64,000 bases of DNA from Chiloscyllium plagiosum (Eukaryota): positions 56,912,636 through 56,976,635 of the forward strand of contig NC_057718.1 of NCBI RefSeq assembly GCF_004010195.1. Reading direction: 5' to 3'. The translations under genes were made by a program, and so were the position numbers. Shown one piece after another: positions 50,050-63,258 of this stretch (its first letter is position 1; every line of letters starts with the position of its first letter). The notes beneath the pieces were generated by a model, which saw only the letters and a list, made by a program, of their open reading frames with translations, was not told the DNA's origin and made no database searches.

Positions 50050-53000
50050 GTCGTCCATCGTCTCCCACAGCAGCCTTTGATATAACTTATCTGGACCTAT
50101 CGATCTATTCACTTTAAGTCTGGTAAAACCTCCAAACCTCTTCACTCCTTTTGTCAAGCTACTCAACATGCTCACAATCCCTCTTCCCCAATTCTGAACA
50201 TATTTACTTCTTCTCTAAAGTGAAGATAGATGTGAAGTACTTGTTTAACACCCTACCAATGTTCTCTAGCTCCATGCATCGATTGTCCTTTTGTCCTTAA
50301 TGCCCTTTGTTCCTAATGGGCCCACCTCTTTCCCTGGTTCCCCCCTTCCCCTTGATTTATAAAATATCTTGAGATTCTTCAAACTCTCAGCTGCCAGTTT
50401 TTTTCATGCCCCAATTTGATCTCCAAATCATTTTAAGATCCCCCTGCACTTTCTATATTTCACAAGCCTCTGTTGATTTTCTTCCTTTGTACCTGTTAAA
50501 AGCCAGAACCAAGATCTGAAATTGCTGGAAAATCTCAGCAGGTCTGGCAGCATCAGTGGACAGAAAGCAGAATTAAATGTTTCAGGTCCAGTGACCCTTT
50601 TTCTGTCTACCAATACTGCCAGACCTGCTGAGATTTCCAAAAAAATTCAGATTTTGTTTCTTATTTCCATTATCTGCAGTTCTTGTTGAAAACCTCTTCT
50701 CCTTCTTATCCAGTCCTGAATATTCCTCGACGTACAGGTTCTCCATGCTTGTTTCATCCTAAAAGCAACATGTTGGACCTGTAATCTCACCAATTATATT
50801 TTAAATTGCCCCCCCGACTGTTCTCCTGTCGATTTGTAGAGAAGTAGCTGTTCCCAGTCTTTGGTCAGATCCTGCCTTAGGTTAATAAAATCTGCCTTCC
50901 CCCAAATTAAAACACTTTTTTTTTTGCAAACCATCTTTTTCCTTTTCCATAACAAACTTAAAATGACAGTATTGTGATCGCTACCAGTAAAATGCTCTCC
51001 CACTGATACCTCAAACACCTGCCCAGCTTTGTTCTCCAACACTGCTTCATCCCTTACTGAATCTTTAAGTGTTGACATGAAAAGCTCTGATGACATTTCA
51101 AGAAATCTGCTCCCTCTAAACCCTTTACAAAAGGGTTCCAATTAATGTTGGGAAAATTGAAATCCCCTAATATAATTACCCTTCTGATGCTTTTATATAC
51201 CTCAGTGAATTGTCTACATATCTACTTCTCTACCACCAACAATACATTCCCAGCAACATAGCTGTCCCCTTTAATTCTAAATCTGTACCCACAAAGCCTG
51301 TTTTGAAACTCTCCCTCACTTCAGGAACTGCCTCAACCTCCTCTCTTACACCCTTCTCTGTTCTGCCTGTAGATCCGATACACCAGTATGTCGAGTTGCC
51401 AATCCTGTACCTTGCTAAGACATGGAAACAGACGGTTAAATCAAATCAGCCTCCGTCTCTGTACTTCCAACACAGTAGAATTAAAATTCTCAGTAACTCT
51501 CAACACTGATCGCAACAATTCCTAATCAAACACTTGAATAAACAGTAACTGTGATTAACCAATACCAGACACCAGGTCTATATTGTAAACAAAAGATTTA
51601 ACTATTTATTAATAAAGTACAACAGCTTTAGCAGAACTAATTAATGTCTGATTTAAACTTATACCCCCAAGTCTTCTAATTCTAGTCCCCACTCACACAA
51701 TGACAGACATATCATTAATAGATGAATCAAAAAGAAAAAAGAAATAATTGTGACATAACTGTACAGTTAACTTTAGCAGACTCTATAATCCCTAACATCA
51801 CCGGGTTATGGCATCATATAGGTTTGTGACAATGATGAATGCAGATAGTTTCCACTCGTCTCCAAGGAACATTCATTTAATTCTTACAACAGATTCCATT
51901 CTCTAGACTTCCAGTAAGTAACTGGTGAGAGGACAACCAGGGAACAATCAAACCTCTGCACTTAAGCTATCAGAAGCACAATCCTTCTGCCCCAAGCAGT
52001 CCAAAACCTGTTCAAACTCTGGCCTCTCTAGACTCTATATCTGCACAAGGCCCTGGTTAACATTCAATATTTACCATTTGCTTCAGCCAATGACGATTCT
52101 GGAACCAAAGCATCTATAGAGCACTGTTAACAAGAAACCACCTGAAATTAACTTTCAGGCCTAACCTCACGAACAAGTAACATTTTTGTTTGTTCACCAT
52201 TTTTTAAACAAACTGCTGCTCCTGATCCAAAGATTACCTTTAGTTCTCAGTTCACAAATCAAAATGATAAAGCAGTGAGGGTTTCAACACCCTCCTCCCT
52301 CAACCACATCTGTGATAGCAATATCATCACAATTCCATATGGTCAATCCATACCCTTGACTCATCCATCTTACATACAATACTCCTAGCATTAAAGTAGA
52401 GGGCATCCAGCTTTCCCTTATTCCCTACAAGTTCAACATGGTGAAACTCCCTCTGCCTTGGATCACTTACTAAAATATGCTGCATCCCTATTGCACTAAC
52501 ACTCTGTGCACTTCTTTTACCGAACTAGTTTAAGTTCCTCAAACAGGTGAACACTGTCATGCTTGTACAGATCACACCTTCTCCAGAAATGGTCTCAGTG
52601 ATCCAGGAATTTAAAATCAACTCTTGACCCATGCATTCATCTGCCCTGTTCTCGCTACCATGTGGCATACAAAAATTACAACCTTTGAGGTCCTGCTCTT
52701 TAGTCTGCTGCCGAGCCCCCTAATCTTTTAATGCAAGACTTTATTCTACCTAAGTGATACCAACATATACCACAACCTGTGTCTTATACCCTCTCCCTTC
52801 AGGATGCCCTGCAGCCACTCAGTAAAATCCCTGATCTTGACACTAGGGAGGCAACACAACATCCTGGAGTCACGTCTGCGGTTGCAGAAATAGTTGTCCC
52901 TTAACTAATAAATCCCCTACCACTATCACTCCTGCTTTAATTTTACTCCCCTCAAGCATAGTCTGGCTGTTGTGGTGTGAGAAACTTGGCTCTACCTACA

Positions 53001-53480
53001 CTCCCTTCAGGGACCAGCACCCTCATCAGCTTCCAAAATGCAAAACTGATTTGAGAGTGGGAACCCATGGGACTCGTGTATTTTCTGCCCTATTCCCTTT
53101 GTCTGATTGTGACCACCTCTCTAAACATGCCATCCACATAATATTTAGCCTGGCAAATGTACCAATGTCTCCAGATACTACATGAGCTCTAAAACACAAT
53201 TAGTTTTTCAGTAGTTGGGAACACTTCATATACATGGTCATCAAGGACATTGTAGGGTCCAAACTTCTCACATAGGACAGATCACTTCAACTTCGCTGAT
53301 CCCACCTGCTATGACTTAAACTTATTTAGCCATACAAACTGCTTGCAACCAATAAATCACAAAATAAACCTTAGAAACTATAAACCACAAGACAAAAGGA
53401 AAAAAGAACCTCTTCCCCTTTGCACCAAATTGCCACTGAGCTCCAAATCCCCAAAAGCGCACACATCCTGTGGCTGCGTC
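50050..53480 (-). mobile_element. Old CR1 5'/endonuclease-region remnant with nested palindromic pLTR (~50506-50683) and LTR-like block (~51550-52289)
   Basis: ORF 50794..51141 GQVFEVSVGEHFTGSDHN..WGKADF (CR1 APE end); pLTR arms aaatctcagcaggtctggcag / ctgccagacctgctgagattt. Confidence 0.7.
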
Positions 53481-53961
53481 TCACTCAGGATTTTGTCTCT
53501 CCCAACCATATACTCTTAACATCAATGCTAAAAAGCATCAAGCTACCAGAGTCAAGGAGGACTTATCTGCCAAACTGGGTTGCAGCAGGTATTGAAAGAA
53601 CAAACAAAATTGATAAAAACATCTTGACTTTGTCCTCACAAATCTACCTGTTGAAGACGCATCCATCCAGCAGGGGTGACTACAATATAGTCCTTGTGGA
53701 GACAAAAATTGTCCTTGTAGAGACAATAATATGATTGATTCAAACAGATCTGGCATCTTAAAACTGAGCATTAATAAAGTGCTATGGACATTTAGCAACA
53801 ACAAAATTGTATTCCACCAATCTGTAATAATGTTCACTCTAAATTATAATAAGACAAACGCTAAGAGGGGAGCATTTTGCAGACAGTTAAATTCCATTAG
53901 ATTCAAAGTTGTTATGAAAATGACATGGATGGGCCTGAAATCAATGCTCTTAACCGGAGGG

Positions 53962-53963
<2 letters not shown>

Positions 53964-54028
<65 letters not shown>

Positions 54029-54037
54029 GTGTGTGTG
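53964..54037. repeat. (GT)n microsatellite
   Basis: About 35 GT units with one interruption near the right end. Confidence 0.97.
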
Positions 54038-54239
54038 AGTAAGTGAGAGAGAAAGAGAAAGAGCAAGAGCACGAGAGTGATAGCGAGAGGATGATAAGTG
54101 CAGCCAACTGCAAGAAAAGATCAGAGATGATCTTATTGAATGGCAGAGTTGGCTCAACAGGCTGGATGGCCTACTCTGCTCCTAATTCTTACATTCTTAT
54201 AAGGTGGTAACGTGTGTGTGGAGCCAGAGGATGCATGTA

Positions 54240-56335
54240 GAGTTCCAAATAAATACTGTATCTGTGTTTACTAGTGAATGCAAGAATCTCAGTACAAAAG
54301 TCAGAAAGAAGCATGTATATTCCTAAAGAAATTAGCATATAGAGGAGTGGTACAGCAGGATTAAAATTAGATAAATCTCCAGGGTTGAATCAAAATGTAT
54401 CCCAGGCTACAGAGTGAGAGGCAAAGGAGGAAACAACAGGGGTGCCGGAAATAACTTGCAATTCATTTCTGACCACAGGAGAGGTGTCAGAAGTTCAGAA
54501 TTAGAAGGACCTTGGTGTGCACGTCCACCAGTTGCTTAAGGTAAGGAACAGGTAGATACAGTGCTTAAGGCGGCATATGGGAATATTTGCCTTTATTAAG
54601 TAAGACACAGAGTTTAAGAGCAGGCAGATGATGCTGGAACTATATAAAACTTTGGTTAGACCACCGATAGAGTATTGTAAGCAGTTATGGAATCCATATT
54701 ATATGAGGAATGTGACTGCACTGGGAGTGGATGCAGAGGGGATTTACTAGGATGTTGCTTTGGCTGTAGAGTTTTAGTTATGGAGGGAGACTGGAGAGAC
54801 TAGGGTTGTTTTCATAGAATCCCGATAGTGTGCTGAATGGCCTCTTTCTGCACTGAGGTTGCACCGAACCTCAAAAGAGCATCCCACCTAGACCCAGCCC
54901 CCTTTCCAATCCCAGTAATGCTGCATTTACTAAAGCTGATCCACTTAGCCTTCATATTCGTGGAGACTATGGACAATTTAGAATTGCTGATCCACCAAAC
55001 CTGCACCCCTGTGGCATGAAACCAGAACACCTAGCAGAAACCCACCTAACACAGGGTGAATGCGCAGTCAGTCTAATCTAGAATCAAACCCAGGTCCCTG
55101 GCACTGTGAGGCAATGCTAACCACTGAGCCACCATGCCACCTTGGAACAGAAGAATGAGAGGGGGGACATGATTGAGTTGCACAGACAGGAAGGAACTTT
55201 TCCCCTTAGCAGAAGGATAAATGACCAAAAGGTACTTAAGGTAAGGGCAGAAGGTTTAGAAGAGTAGTAAGGAAAAAGTCTATTATTCAGAGGGTGGTGA
55301 GAATCTGGAACTCTCAGCCTGCAAGTGTGGTACAAGAGTTTAATTTAGATAATGCAAAGTGTTGGATTTTAATAAGACAAACCAGAGTAGGGCTTGTACG
55401 GTACATGGTAGGGCCTGGAGAGTGTTGCCGAACAAGAGACCTAGGGTATAGATGCATAGTTCCTTCAAAGTGCTGTCACAAGTAGACAGAGTGGTGAAGA
55501 AGACATTTGACACACTTGCCTTCATTGGTAAATGCACTGAGTACAGGAGTTGGGAGGTCATGTTGTAGCTGTACAGGACATTGGTGAAGCCACTTTTAGA
55601 ATACTGTGTCGTCCAGCCATAAGAAGGGTGTTGTTAAACTCGAGAGGATGCAGAAAAGATTTGCACAGATATTGATGGAATTGAAGGTTTTGAGCAAGCA
55701 GGAAAAGTCGAATGGCTGAGGCTATTTTCCTTGCAGTGTAGAAGCTGAGGGGTGACCTTACTGATATTTATAAAATCATGTGGGGCATGGATAGGGTAAT
55801 AGCCAAGGTCTTTCCCCTGGGGTGCAGGAGTCCAGAATTAGAGGGCATAGGTTTAAAAGGTGAGAGGGGCAAGATTTAAAAGGGACCTAAAGGGCAATAT
55901 TTTCAGGCAGAAGGTGGTGCACTTATGGAATGAGCTGTCAGAAGTGGTGGTGGCAGCAGTTAAAATTACAACATTCAAAATGCATCTGGATGGATACATG
56001 AATAGGAAGGGGTTAGAAGGATATGGAAAAAACGCTGGAAAATATGACTAGATTAATTTAGGATAGCACAGATGGGACCGAAGGGACTGTTTCCATTCTG
56101 TCCAGCTTAATGACTCTACTGAATGTCTAGTAAACCCATAGAGTTCCCAACTACAAACTGCTGTGGAAGCCAAGTCATTGATTATATTCAAGAAAGAGAT
56201 AAGTGAATTTTTAGATATGACAGGTCTTAAGGGGTATGGTGAAAAAGTTGTGGTATGGCACTGAGCTGGAGGATCAGCCATGATCATATTCAGTAGTGGA
56301 CCAGAATTGAAGTGCCAAATGTCCTTTGTCTGTTT
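54240..56335 (+). mobile_element. Cluster of nested CR1 fragments, with a minus-strand V-SINE at ~54815-55140
   Basis: gataaatctccaggg, ctttggttagaccaccgatagagtattg, ORF 55860 FKRDLKGNIFRQKVVHLWNEL; SINE ORF end VAWWLSG (gctaaccactgagccaccatgccac). Confidence 0.8.
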
Positions 56336-57062
56336 CTACTTGCAATGTAAACAACATAGATCCTTTGGGAATAGAAATTAAGGCTGCGTGATGAGCCAGC
56401 TTTCAAAAATACAAATGTTTAGAAATGTTGTATACACAATAGCTTTAATGAGTTAAGTTGCTGATAAAGTCAAAATAATCTAACAGTTGAACTTTGTCAG
56501 TGCAACTTGGATGCTATTTTTTAAAAAGCTAATCAATTCAGTTAATAATGTCGATCATATAGTGTACAACAGATCACATTCTGATCTCTAAGTAAAGCAT
56601 GTATGAACAGGTATATTATTCAAATTAATAAACTTTCCTTTCAATCAAACCTCTTGGAACATTGTTGGGGATTGTTTTAAATTTAAAATTAAGTGTAGTG
56701 AAATACATAAATAATCGTCATGAAAATTGAATCCATTAAAACCAAACGCATAAGCTTCCAATTAGTCAGATCTCAAAACTCTGTCATCACATGGAGCTAA
56801 ATTGAAATAATGTGTTTTTTCTCCATGCTACCAAAACTACGCCCTACAGCTGGGCTTTAAAAAAAGTGAAAACACAGAATGTATTGTAACACTGAATAAA
56901 TAATAAATGCAACTGTAACAGCTCAATATTTTAGGCCAACTCAAAAGAATTAAGTCCATTGTGCCAACCTATTTATGCATGTCTATATTCCAACAGACTA
57001 TAGTTTTCTTTGGAGCACATAATGCTATTCTTCAACAGAGCTGCAGTTAATATACATTATGA

Positions 57063-57287
57063 GAGCGGGTGGTGCGTGTCATGGAATGAGCTGCCAAAGG
57101 AAGTGGTGGAGGCTGATACAATTACAACATTTAAAAGGCATCTGGATGGGTATATGAATAGGAAGGATTTAGTGGGATATGGGCCAAGTGCTGACAAACT
57201 GGAATAGATTAGGTTAGGATATCTGGTCAGCATGGACGAGTTGGACCGAAGGGTCTGTTTCTGTGTTGTACATCTCTATGACTCTAC
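57063..57287 (+). mobile_element. CR1 3' end
   Basis: [28 protein letters not shown]; ctctatgactcta tail. Confidence 0.88.
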
Positions 57288-57724
57288 ATAGACACTGCAG
57301 GTTTAACATGGACCAGTGCTAAATAATCATGGGAAATCAGTTTAGAGTAGATAAATGCATTGTGGCTGGTAGGACCTGATGGGCTAAAGGGCCATTTTCC
57401 ATGTTGTGTATATCAATGAGAGATGCTTTGATTTACTGGCCTTGTCTCAATTAAAATGTTCTGCTCCTTACTTATGAGCTTTCTGAATTGTTAATATTAA
57501 ATACACACTAACAATAAGAAAATACTTTCAAGTATAGTTCATCTTCCCACAAATTGGTTAATGATTCTACAAAATCAACAATCCTCTTTAATAAGCAAAA
57601 TGCCTCCAGATGCCTCAAAATTTTGTCTTTTAAACATCCTGTCTTTCACAGCACTTAAAATTATATTTCATAAGACCTGGGAGCAGAAGGCAATTCAGCC
57701 CCTCAAGGTTAAATTTAATATGAC

Positions 57725-57861
57725 GAGAAAGCGAGGTCTGCAGATGCTGGAGATCAGAGCTGAAAATGTGTTGCTGGAAAAGAGCAGCAGGTCAGGCAGC
57801 ATCCAGGGAACAGGAGAATCGACATTTCGGGCATAAGCCCTTCTTCAGGAATCTTAATATG
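57725..57861 (-). mobile_element. Solo PLE pLTR inserted in a minus-strand CR1 (~57670-58320)
   Basis: Same family as 7971-8178; 15-bp TSD taaatttaatatgac at 57710-57724 and 57862-57876; HHR-like core on the minus strand. Confidence 0.88.
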
Positions 57862-58345
57862 TAAATTTAATATGACCTCAACTCCACTTCCCTCACCACT
57901 CCCTATATCCTTTAACCTGTTAGTAGCTAAAAATGTGTCTTACTCCTCCTCAAAATTTATTCAGTAGCCCAGCATCCACTGCACTCTGGGGTAATGGCTT
58001 CCACAGATTCACAGCACAGAAGTAATTCCTCTTCATCTGTTTTTAATCTATGATCACTTATTCTACATTGCCTCACACAGGGAAATATCTGCTCTACATT
58101 TACTTTTTCAATCCAGTTTAGCATCTTACATATCTCAATTAGATCTCCTCTCATTCTTCTAAACTCTAGAAAGTATGGGGTTAAACTGCCCAGTCTCTCC
58201 TCAAAACACGCCGATCATCTCTAGAATTAACCTCGTCAATTTTCTCTGAACTGCCTCCAATGCAATTATTTCAAGAGGATCAAAACTGGATTCAGTTACT
58301 GACCAGACCAAACACTATTAAGCCTAGACCCCAAATTTTTCTTAT

Positions 58346-58869
58346 TGTTAAAGGCAAGTGTAAGGCATGTGTCCTGGATGCAATTCGATTAATCAAACTG
58401 CTAGGCTTGAAGCAAAACACACTTTTTTCTTACACTATAGTCAAAATACAAGCAAAAGACAGACAAATTGGAAAACTTAACAGAATAGTGGATTATTCAA
58501 CTATTAAACAGCAATTGTTCCCATATAGTAATATCCCATAAACACACCCTTGGCAAAGGCAAATTCAATAAAATAGATTGTCTCACATACAATTCTCCAA
58601 ACCAGGAGGAAAGAACATGAAGAGAAACTCAGAGAAATCAAGCCTTTTGCTGTAGCAGGAGATGTACAGCAGCTTTGAAAACGCCAACTGTTTTAACTGA
58701 AAGTTAAATTAAAATCATGATTCGTGCTGCTTCTATTGTTCCAACATTTGAAAAACCTCAAGGCCTCAAGCTGTTTACATTATTGGCCAGGAACATACCA
58801 CTCACATCTCTGTCTCAATCCCTCTTAAAAAAAGGACAAAAATACATCTCAAAGCCACAGAATCATCAC
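58346..58869 (-). mobile_element. Possible solo LTR
   Basis: About 520 bp block tgttaaagg...catcac interrupting CR1-like sequence; no partner LTR. Confidence 0.35.
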
Positions 58870-59619
58870 TATTCCAATAATTTCCCAGTGGCAGAAGTTA
58901 TAGTAGTTGATCTATAGCTTCCTACTTTCTGCCTCCCTCCATTCCAAAAAAAAGGTGTTGTTACGTTAACATTTTCCCAGTTCACTGAAACCTTTGCAGA
59001 ACCCAGGGAACATGGGAATATTATAATCAATGCACCCACTATCTCTGCTGCCAGTTCCTTTTAGACCATATTTAATGTATAGTAATCCTCAAATGTTCAT
59101 GGCTATATTATAACTTTCCATTTACGGGTGTTCTTTTATTAATTTCTCCCTATTCATCCAAAATGATTTTCTCAGGATACCGGAGGATTATTTTATAATA
59201 AATATGCATATGAACTTGAAAAACCCAGAATACCATTGAATTTGAATTTGGTTTGAATAATTTCAACTCTCCTAATCAATAGCATAATAAAACCTGTTGT
59301 TACTTCCATAAAATTAGCACATAATACAATGGTACTATAGTCCACCTCAATTATCAACTTCAAGTGCCAATTTGGACACATCTAAACTTAGTCTTGCTTT
59401 GAAAACATATACTTAATATAAAACTTTATTTGACCCAAAGTTTTTGAAATTAATCTAAATTTTCAAATAATTTTGAGCAAGTGACTAGAAATCTTCTGTC
59501 AGCTAAATAATCCACCAGTAAAGCTAATTGAAAGTAATACTGAAGCACCCTGGAACTTGCAAGGTATCAAGTATCAGCTTGAATAATTACAGCAAAAGAT
59601 AAAAATCTCACAATCAAGC

Positions 59620-60496
59620 CTAGTGGACAGCGAAGAAAGTTACCGCAGATTACAACAGGATCTTGAACAGATGAACCAATGGGCTGAGGAGTGGCAGATG
59701 GAATTTAATTTAGATAAACGTGAGGTGCTGCATTTCGGGAAAGCAAACCTTAGCAGGACTTATACACTTAATGGTAAGGTCCTGGGGAGTGCTGCTGAAC
59801 AAAGAGACCTTGGAATGCAGGTTCATAGCTCCTTGAAAGTGGAGTCACAGGTAGATAGGATAGCAAAGAAGGCGTTCAGTATACTTTCCTTTATTGGTCA
59901 GGTTATTGAGTACAGGAGTTGGGAGGTCATGCTGCGGCTGTACAGAACATTGGTTAGGACACTGTTGGAATATTGCATGCAATTTTGGTCTCCTTCTTAT
60001 CGGAAGGATGTTGTGAAACTTGAAAGGGTTCAGAAAAGATTTACAAGGATGTTGCCAGGGTTGGAGGATTTGAGCTATAGGGAGAGGCTGAATAGGCTAG
60101 GGCTGTTTTCCCTGGAGCATTGGAGGCTGAGGGATGACTTTATAGAGGTTTATAAAATCATGAGGGGCATGGATAGGGCAAATAGACAAGGTCTTTTCCC
60201 TGGGGTGTTGGAGTCCAGAACTAGAGGGCACAGGTTTAGGGTGAGAGGGGGAAAATATATGAGAGACCTAAGGGGCAACTTTTTCACAGAGAGGGTGTTG
60301 TGTGTGTGGATTGGCTTGCCAAAGGAAGTAGAGGTGGCTAGTACAACTGCAACATTTAAAAGGTATCTGGATGGGTATATGAATAGGAAGGGTTTGGAGG
60401 GATATGGGCCGGGTGCTGACAGGTGGGACTAGATTGGGTTGGGAAATCTAGTCGGCATGGATGAGTTGGCCCGTGCTGTACATCTCTATGACTCTA
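59620..60496 (+). mobile_element. Young CR1 3' fragment with an uninterrupted 269-codon ORF2 C-terminus
   Basis: ORF 59623..60432 [35 protein letters not shown]; ctctatgactct tail. Confidence 0.93.
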
Positions 60497-61625
60497 AGTA
60501 CCAAGCTTTAAACAAAATTTCAACGGAGATTAAAAGATAATAAAAACAATATTTATTACAATTCAGTGGTTTCTCATTTGAAAAATGGGTAACCAGCAGT
60601 TGAAAATGGCAAAATGTGGACTAGGATGGTATTTGGCATCTCCATCATCTCTCTAGCATGAGAGGATCATCTTGATACAAATTCAAATTGAACTGGACAT
60701 TCACAATCCTGAATATTTTGTACTTAAATACTTAACTGATGTCCTTCACTATTTTTAGAATGAAAAATTGTTTAGAATCCTAATGGGTGGATTGTGCACT
60801 TTGCACCGTCTGCTCATTCACAACATCTTTGCTACCAACAGCCTGACCAGCTGTTTCTGAAGGGACTATTTATGGCATCTCACTGAAGAAAAGATCCAGA
60901 AATGGTTTTATGGTCAGGAGAAGTAGGAGTGTTCCTTCTGCCAATCCCATACTGTTTTCATATTAGGACCACACTGTTCAAAGCTTGTACTATTGACTAA
61001 TGTGCCAAGGGAAGCAGACAAATTGCCACCTTCACAACCAGCAGCATGCTCAGCTTGCATTCAAAATGAGTTTTGAACCGGAAAATGGCATGGGTCGTCA
61101 AATGCCTGGTTGGCTTTGAGCAAGCAGTCAACTCTGCCAAATTCAGCGTCTGCAACCTTTAACTTTTAGGATCCATCTCTTTCCCTTTCTTAAGTAACCA
61201 TATATGCAAGTACTTGCCAATCCATGAAATATAATCTCCACCATAATAAACTATTGAATACTTAAACCAATTGCTTAAATATATGCTGTATACTTCCCTG
61301 AGCATTCAGAGTTCCATGGTATGGCACCAGCCATAAGCACACACTATTTAGCACACAACTACCTCTATTCAGGAAAAGGATATATTACTACTGTCAAAAG
61401 CCAACACACAAAGTTATATAGAATACTCGTAGTAAATAGAAGCATTGTAAAATAAAACTATGATTCTAAGCTAAATGAAGTAACATTAAAATACTAGACT
61501 AAAAACTTGGTCCAAGAGATAGACTCTAAGGGTAAATTCAGGGGGGAAGAGAGGTAGAAGAGTATCTTAGGAAGAGAATTCAAGAGCTCAGTGTCCTGTC
61601 CATTGAATTTGTGATGGAGTGATTA

Positions 61626-61724
61626 AAGCAAGTTTTGAGAAGATTTGTAGCTCAGGCTAAGGTTCTGGATGTAGGTTTGCTCACTGAAAGCGAATTTTCC
61701 AGCTCAGCAAGCAGACCTACATCC
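61626..61724. mobile_element. Minimal inverted PLE-terminus insertion within an old L2-like remnant (~61500-62110)
   Basis: ttttgagaagatttgtagctc (PLE terminus) plus arms ggatgtaggtttgct / agcagacctacatcc; ggagtgatta duplicated at 61616-61625 and 61725-61734. Confidence 0.7.
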
Positions 61725-62829
61725 GGAGTGATTACAATTAGGGTGCTGAGGCCAGGGTTGGAGCTATACAGTTAACTAGAATCAGTTTAGAAAGAGAAGT
61801 GAGAGTTTAAAGAATTTTGAAAACAGCACATTAGCATTGTAAAGTGATGGCATATTTCATAACCTGTAACCAACATGCAAAGGAATAGAAGGGTAATTGG
61901 GACTTTGTGCACCCTGGGACATAAACAAAAGTTCATCTAAAACACTTGCTATGACAAGTTAGATGGTGATAAGTTAAGTCTCTAGGGTACAGAGGTGTGG
62001 ATAAGGGATTTAGCAGCTGACAAGCTGATGCTTGGATGGAATAAACCAATATTGCAAAAGGTAGAAATAAAATGTCTTAGGTGATATCCAGGTCAATAAT
62101 GATAACAACAATGCTAACTAACACAAGGTACCTTGTATTGGTTGATATACGTATAGATCTTCTAGAAGCCACTAGTTAATTGAAAATGGCTTATTACAAA
62201 CATTTGAACATAAACATTTGCTTCAAAGTGATGCACTCACAACCCAATTCTTAGTTAAGCATCACCCAACACTAGGTTATCATACAACAGGTTTATTTGG
62301 AACCACTAGCTTTCAGAGCACTTCCAATTTTTAACTTTGTATACCCCAGTCCAACACCAACACCTCCAAATCAATTCTTACTTGTAATAAGTAAGAGAAA
62401 GGAAAGGAACAAACCATAATGTAGACATATTTCTTCCTGTCAAGAGCTACATTTTGATTTCTGGTGAGTTTCTTTTTTATTTCAGGTGCAATTTCTCTCC
62501 CCCCCCCCCCCACCCCGTCTCACTGATTCTTTGATTAGATGACAGTCGCACAGTAACATTCCCTTCTATATTTGTGCTGTTACGTTTGAACTTGCAAAAA
62601 AGCAGAATTAGAAAACTTCATCAGTATCCTTAATGATTAATCAACTCCATTAAATTTAAACCCACAACAAAGAAACTGTTAAATACTGTAGTTTCTTGGG
62701 AATTAAGTAATACAAGACAATAGGCTTAAGTTAGCAAAAGCTTTTTCTCCCCCAAAATGACTTTATACACAAAATTCCATCACTACACTTACGCCCTCTG
62801 TAAACTACGAAGATTATTATTAAATTGGA

Positions 62830-63258
62830 GAGAGTTGAAAAGAGATTTAACAGGCTGCTGCCGAGATTGGAGAACTTGTATTATAAAGGAGAAGCTGAAC
62901 AGACTGGGACTTTATTTCACTGGAGGGTAGGACGTGGAGGGATAACCTTATAAGGGTTTATAAAGTCATGAGGGGCAGAGATAGGATGAAAGTTCTTTAC
63001 CCTGGAGAGGGACCTGAGGGACAACTTGTTTCACACAGAGGGTGGTTCATATGTGGAATGAACTGCCAGAGGAAGTGGTAGGTACAGGTATAGTCACAAC
63101 ACTAAAAAAGACATTTGGATAGATACATGAATAGGAAAAGTTTGGAGAGATATGAGCCTAACGTAAATAAATGAGATTAGTTTAGTTTAGTATGGGATTA
63201 TGATCAGCATGGATGAGTTGCACCAAAGGTTCTGTTTCTGTGCTAAATGACCCTGACT
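62830..63258 (+). mobile_element. CR1 3' fragment
   Basis: agagatttaacaggctgctgcc..cacacagagggtggttcatatgtggaatgaactgccagagg.. Confidence 0.82.

Noticed and set aside
53731..54157. ORFs with CV/HT repeats
   Set aside because: Translations of the (GT)n microsatellite.
59623..60432. Longest ORF (269 aa) as a host or domesticated gene
   Set aside because: It is the CR1 ORF2 C-terminus, 5'-truncated, nearly the same as several other copies in the window and followed by the CR1 tail.
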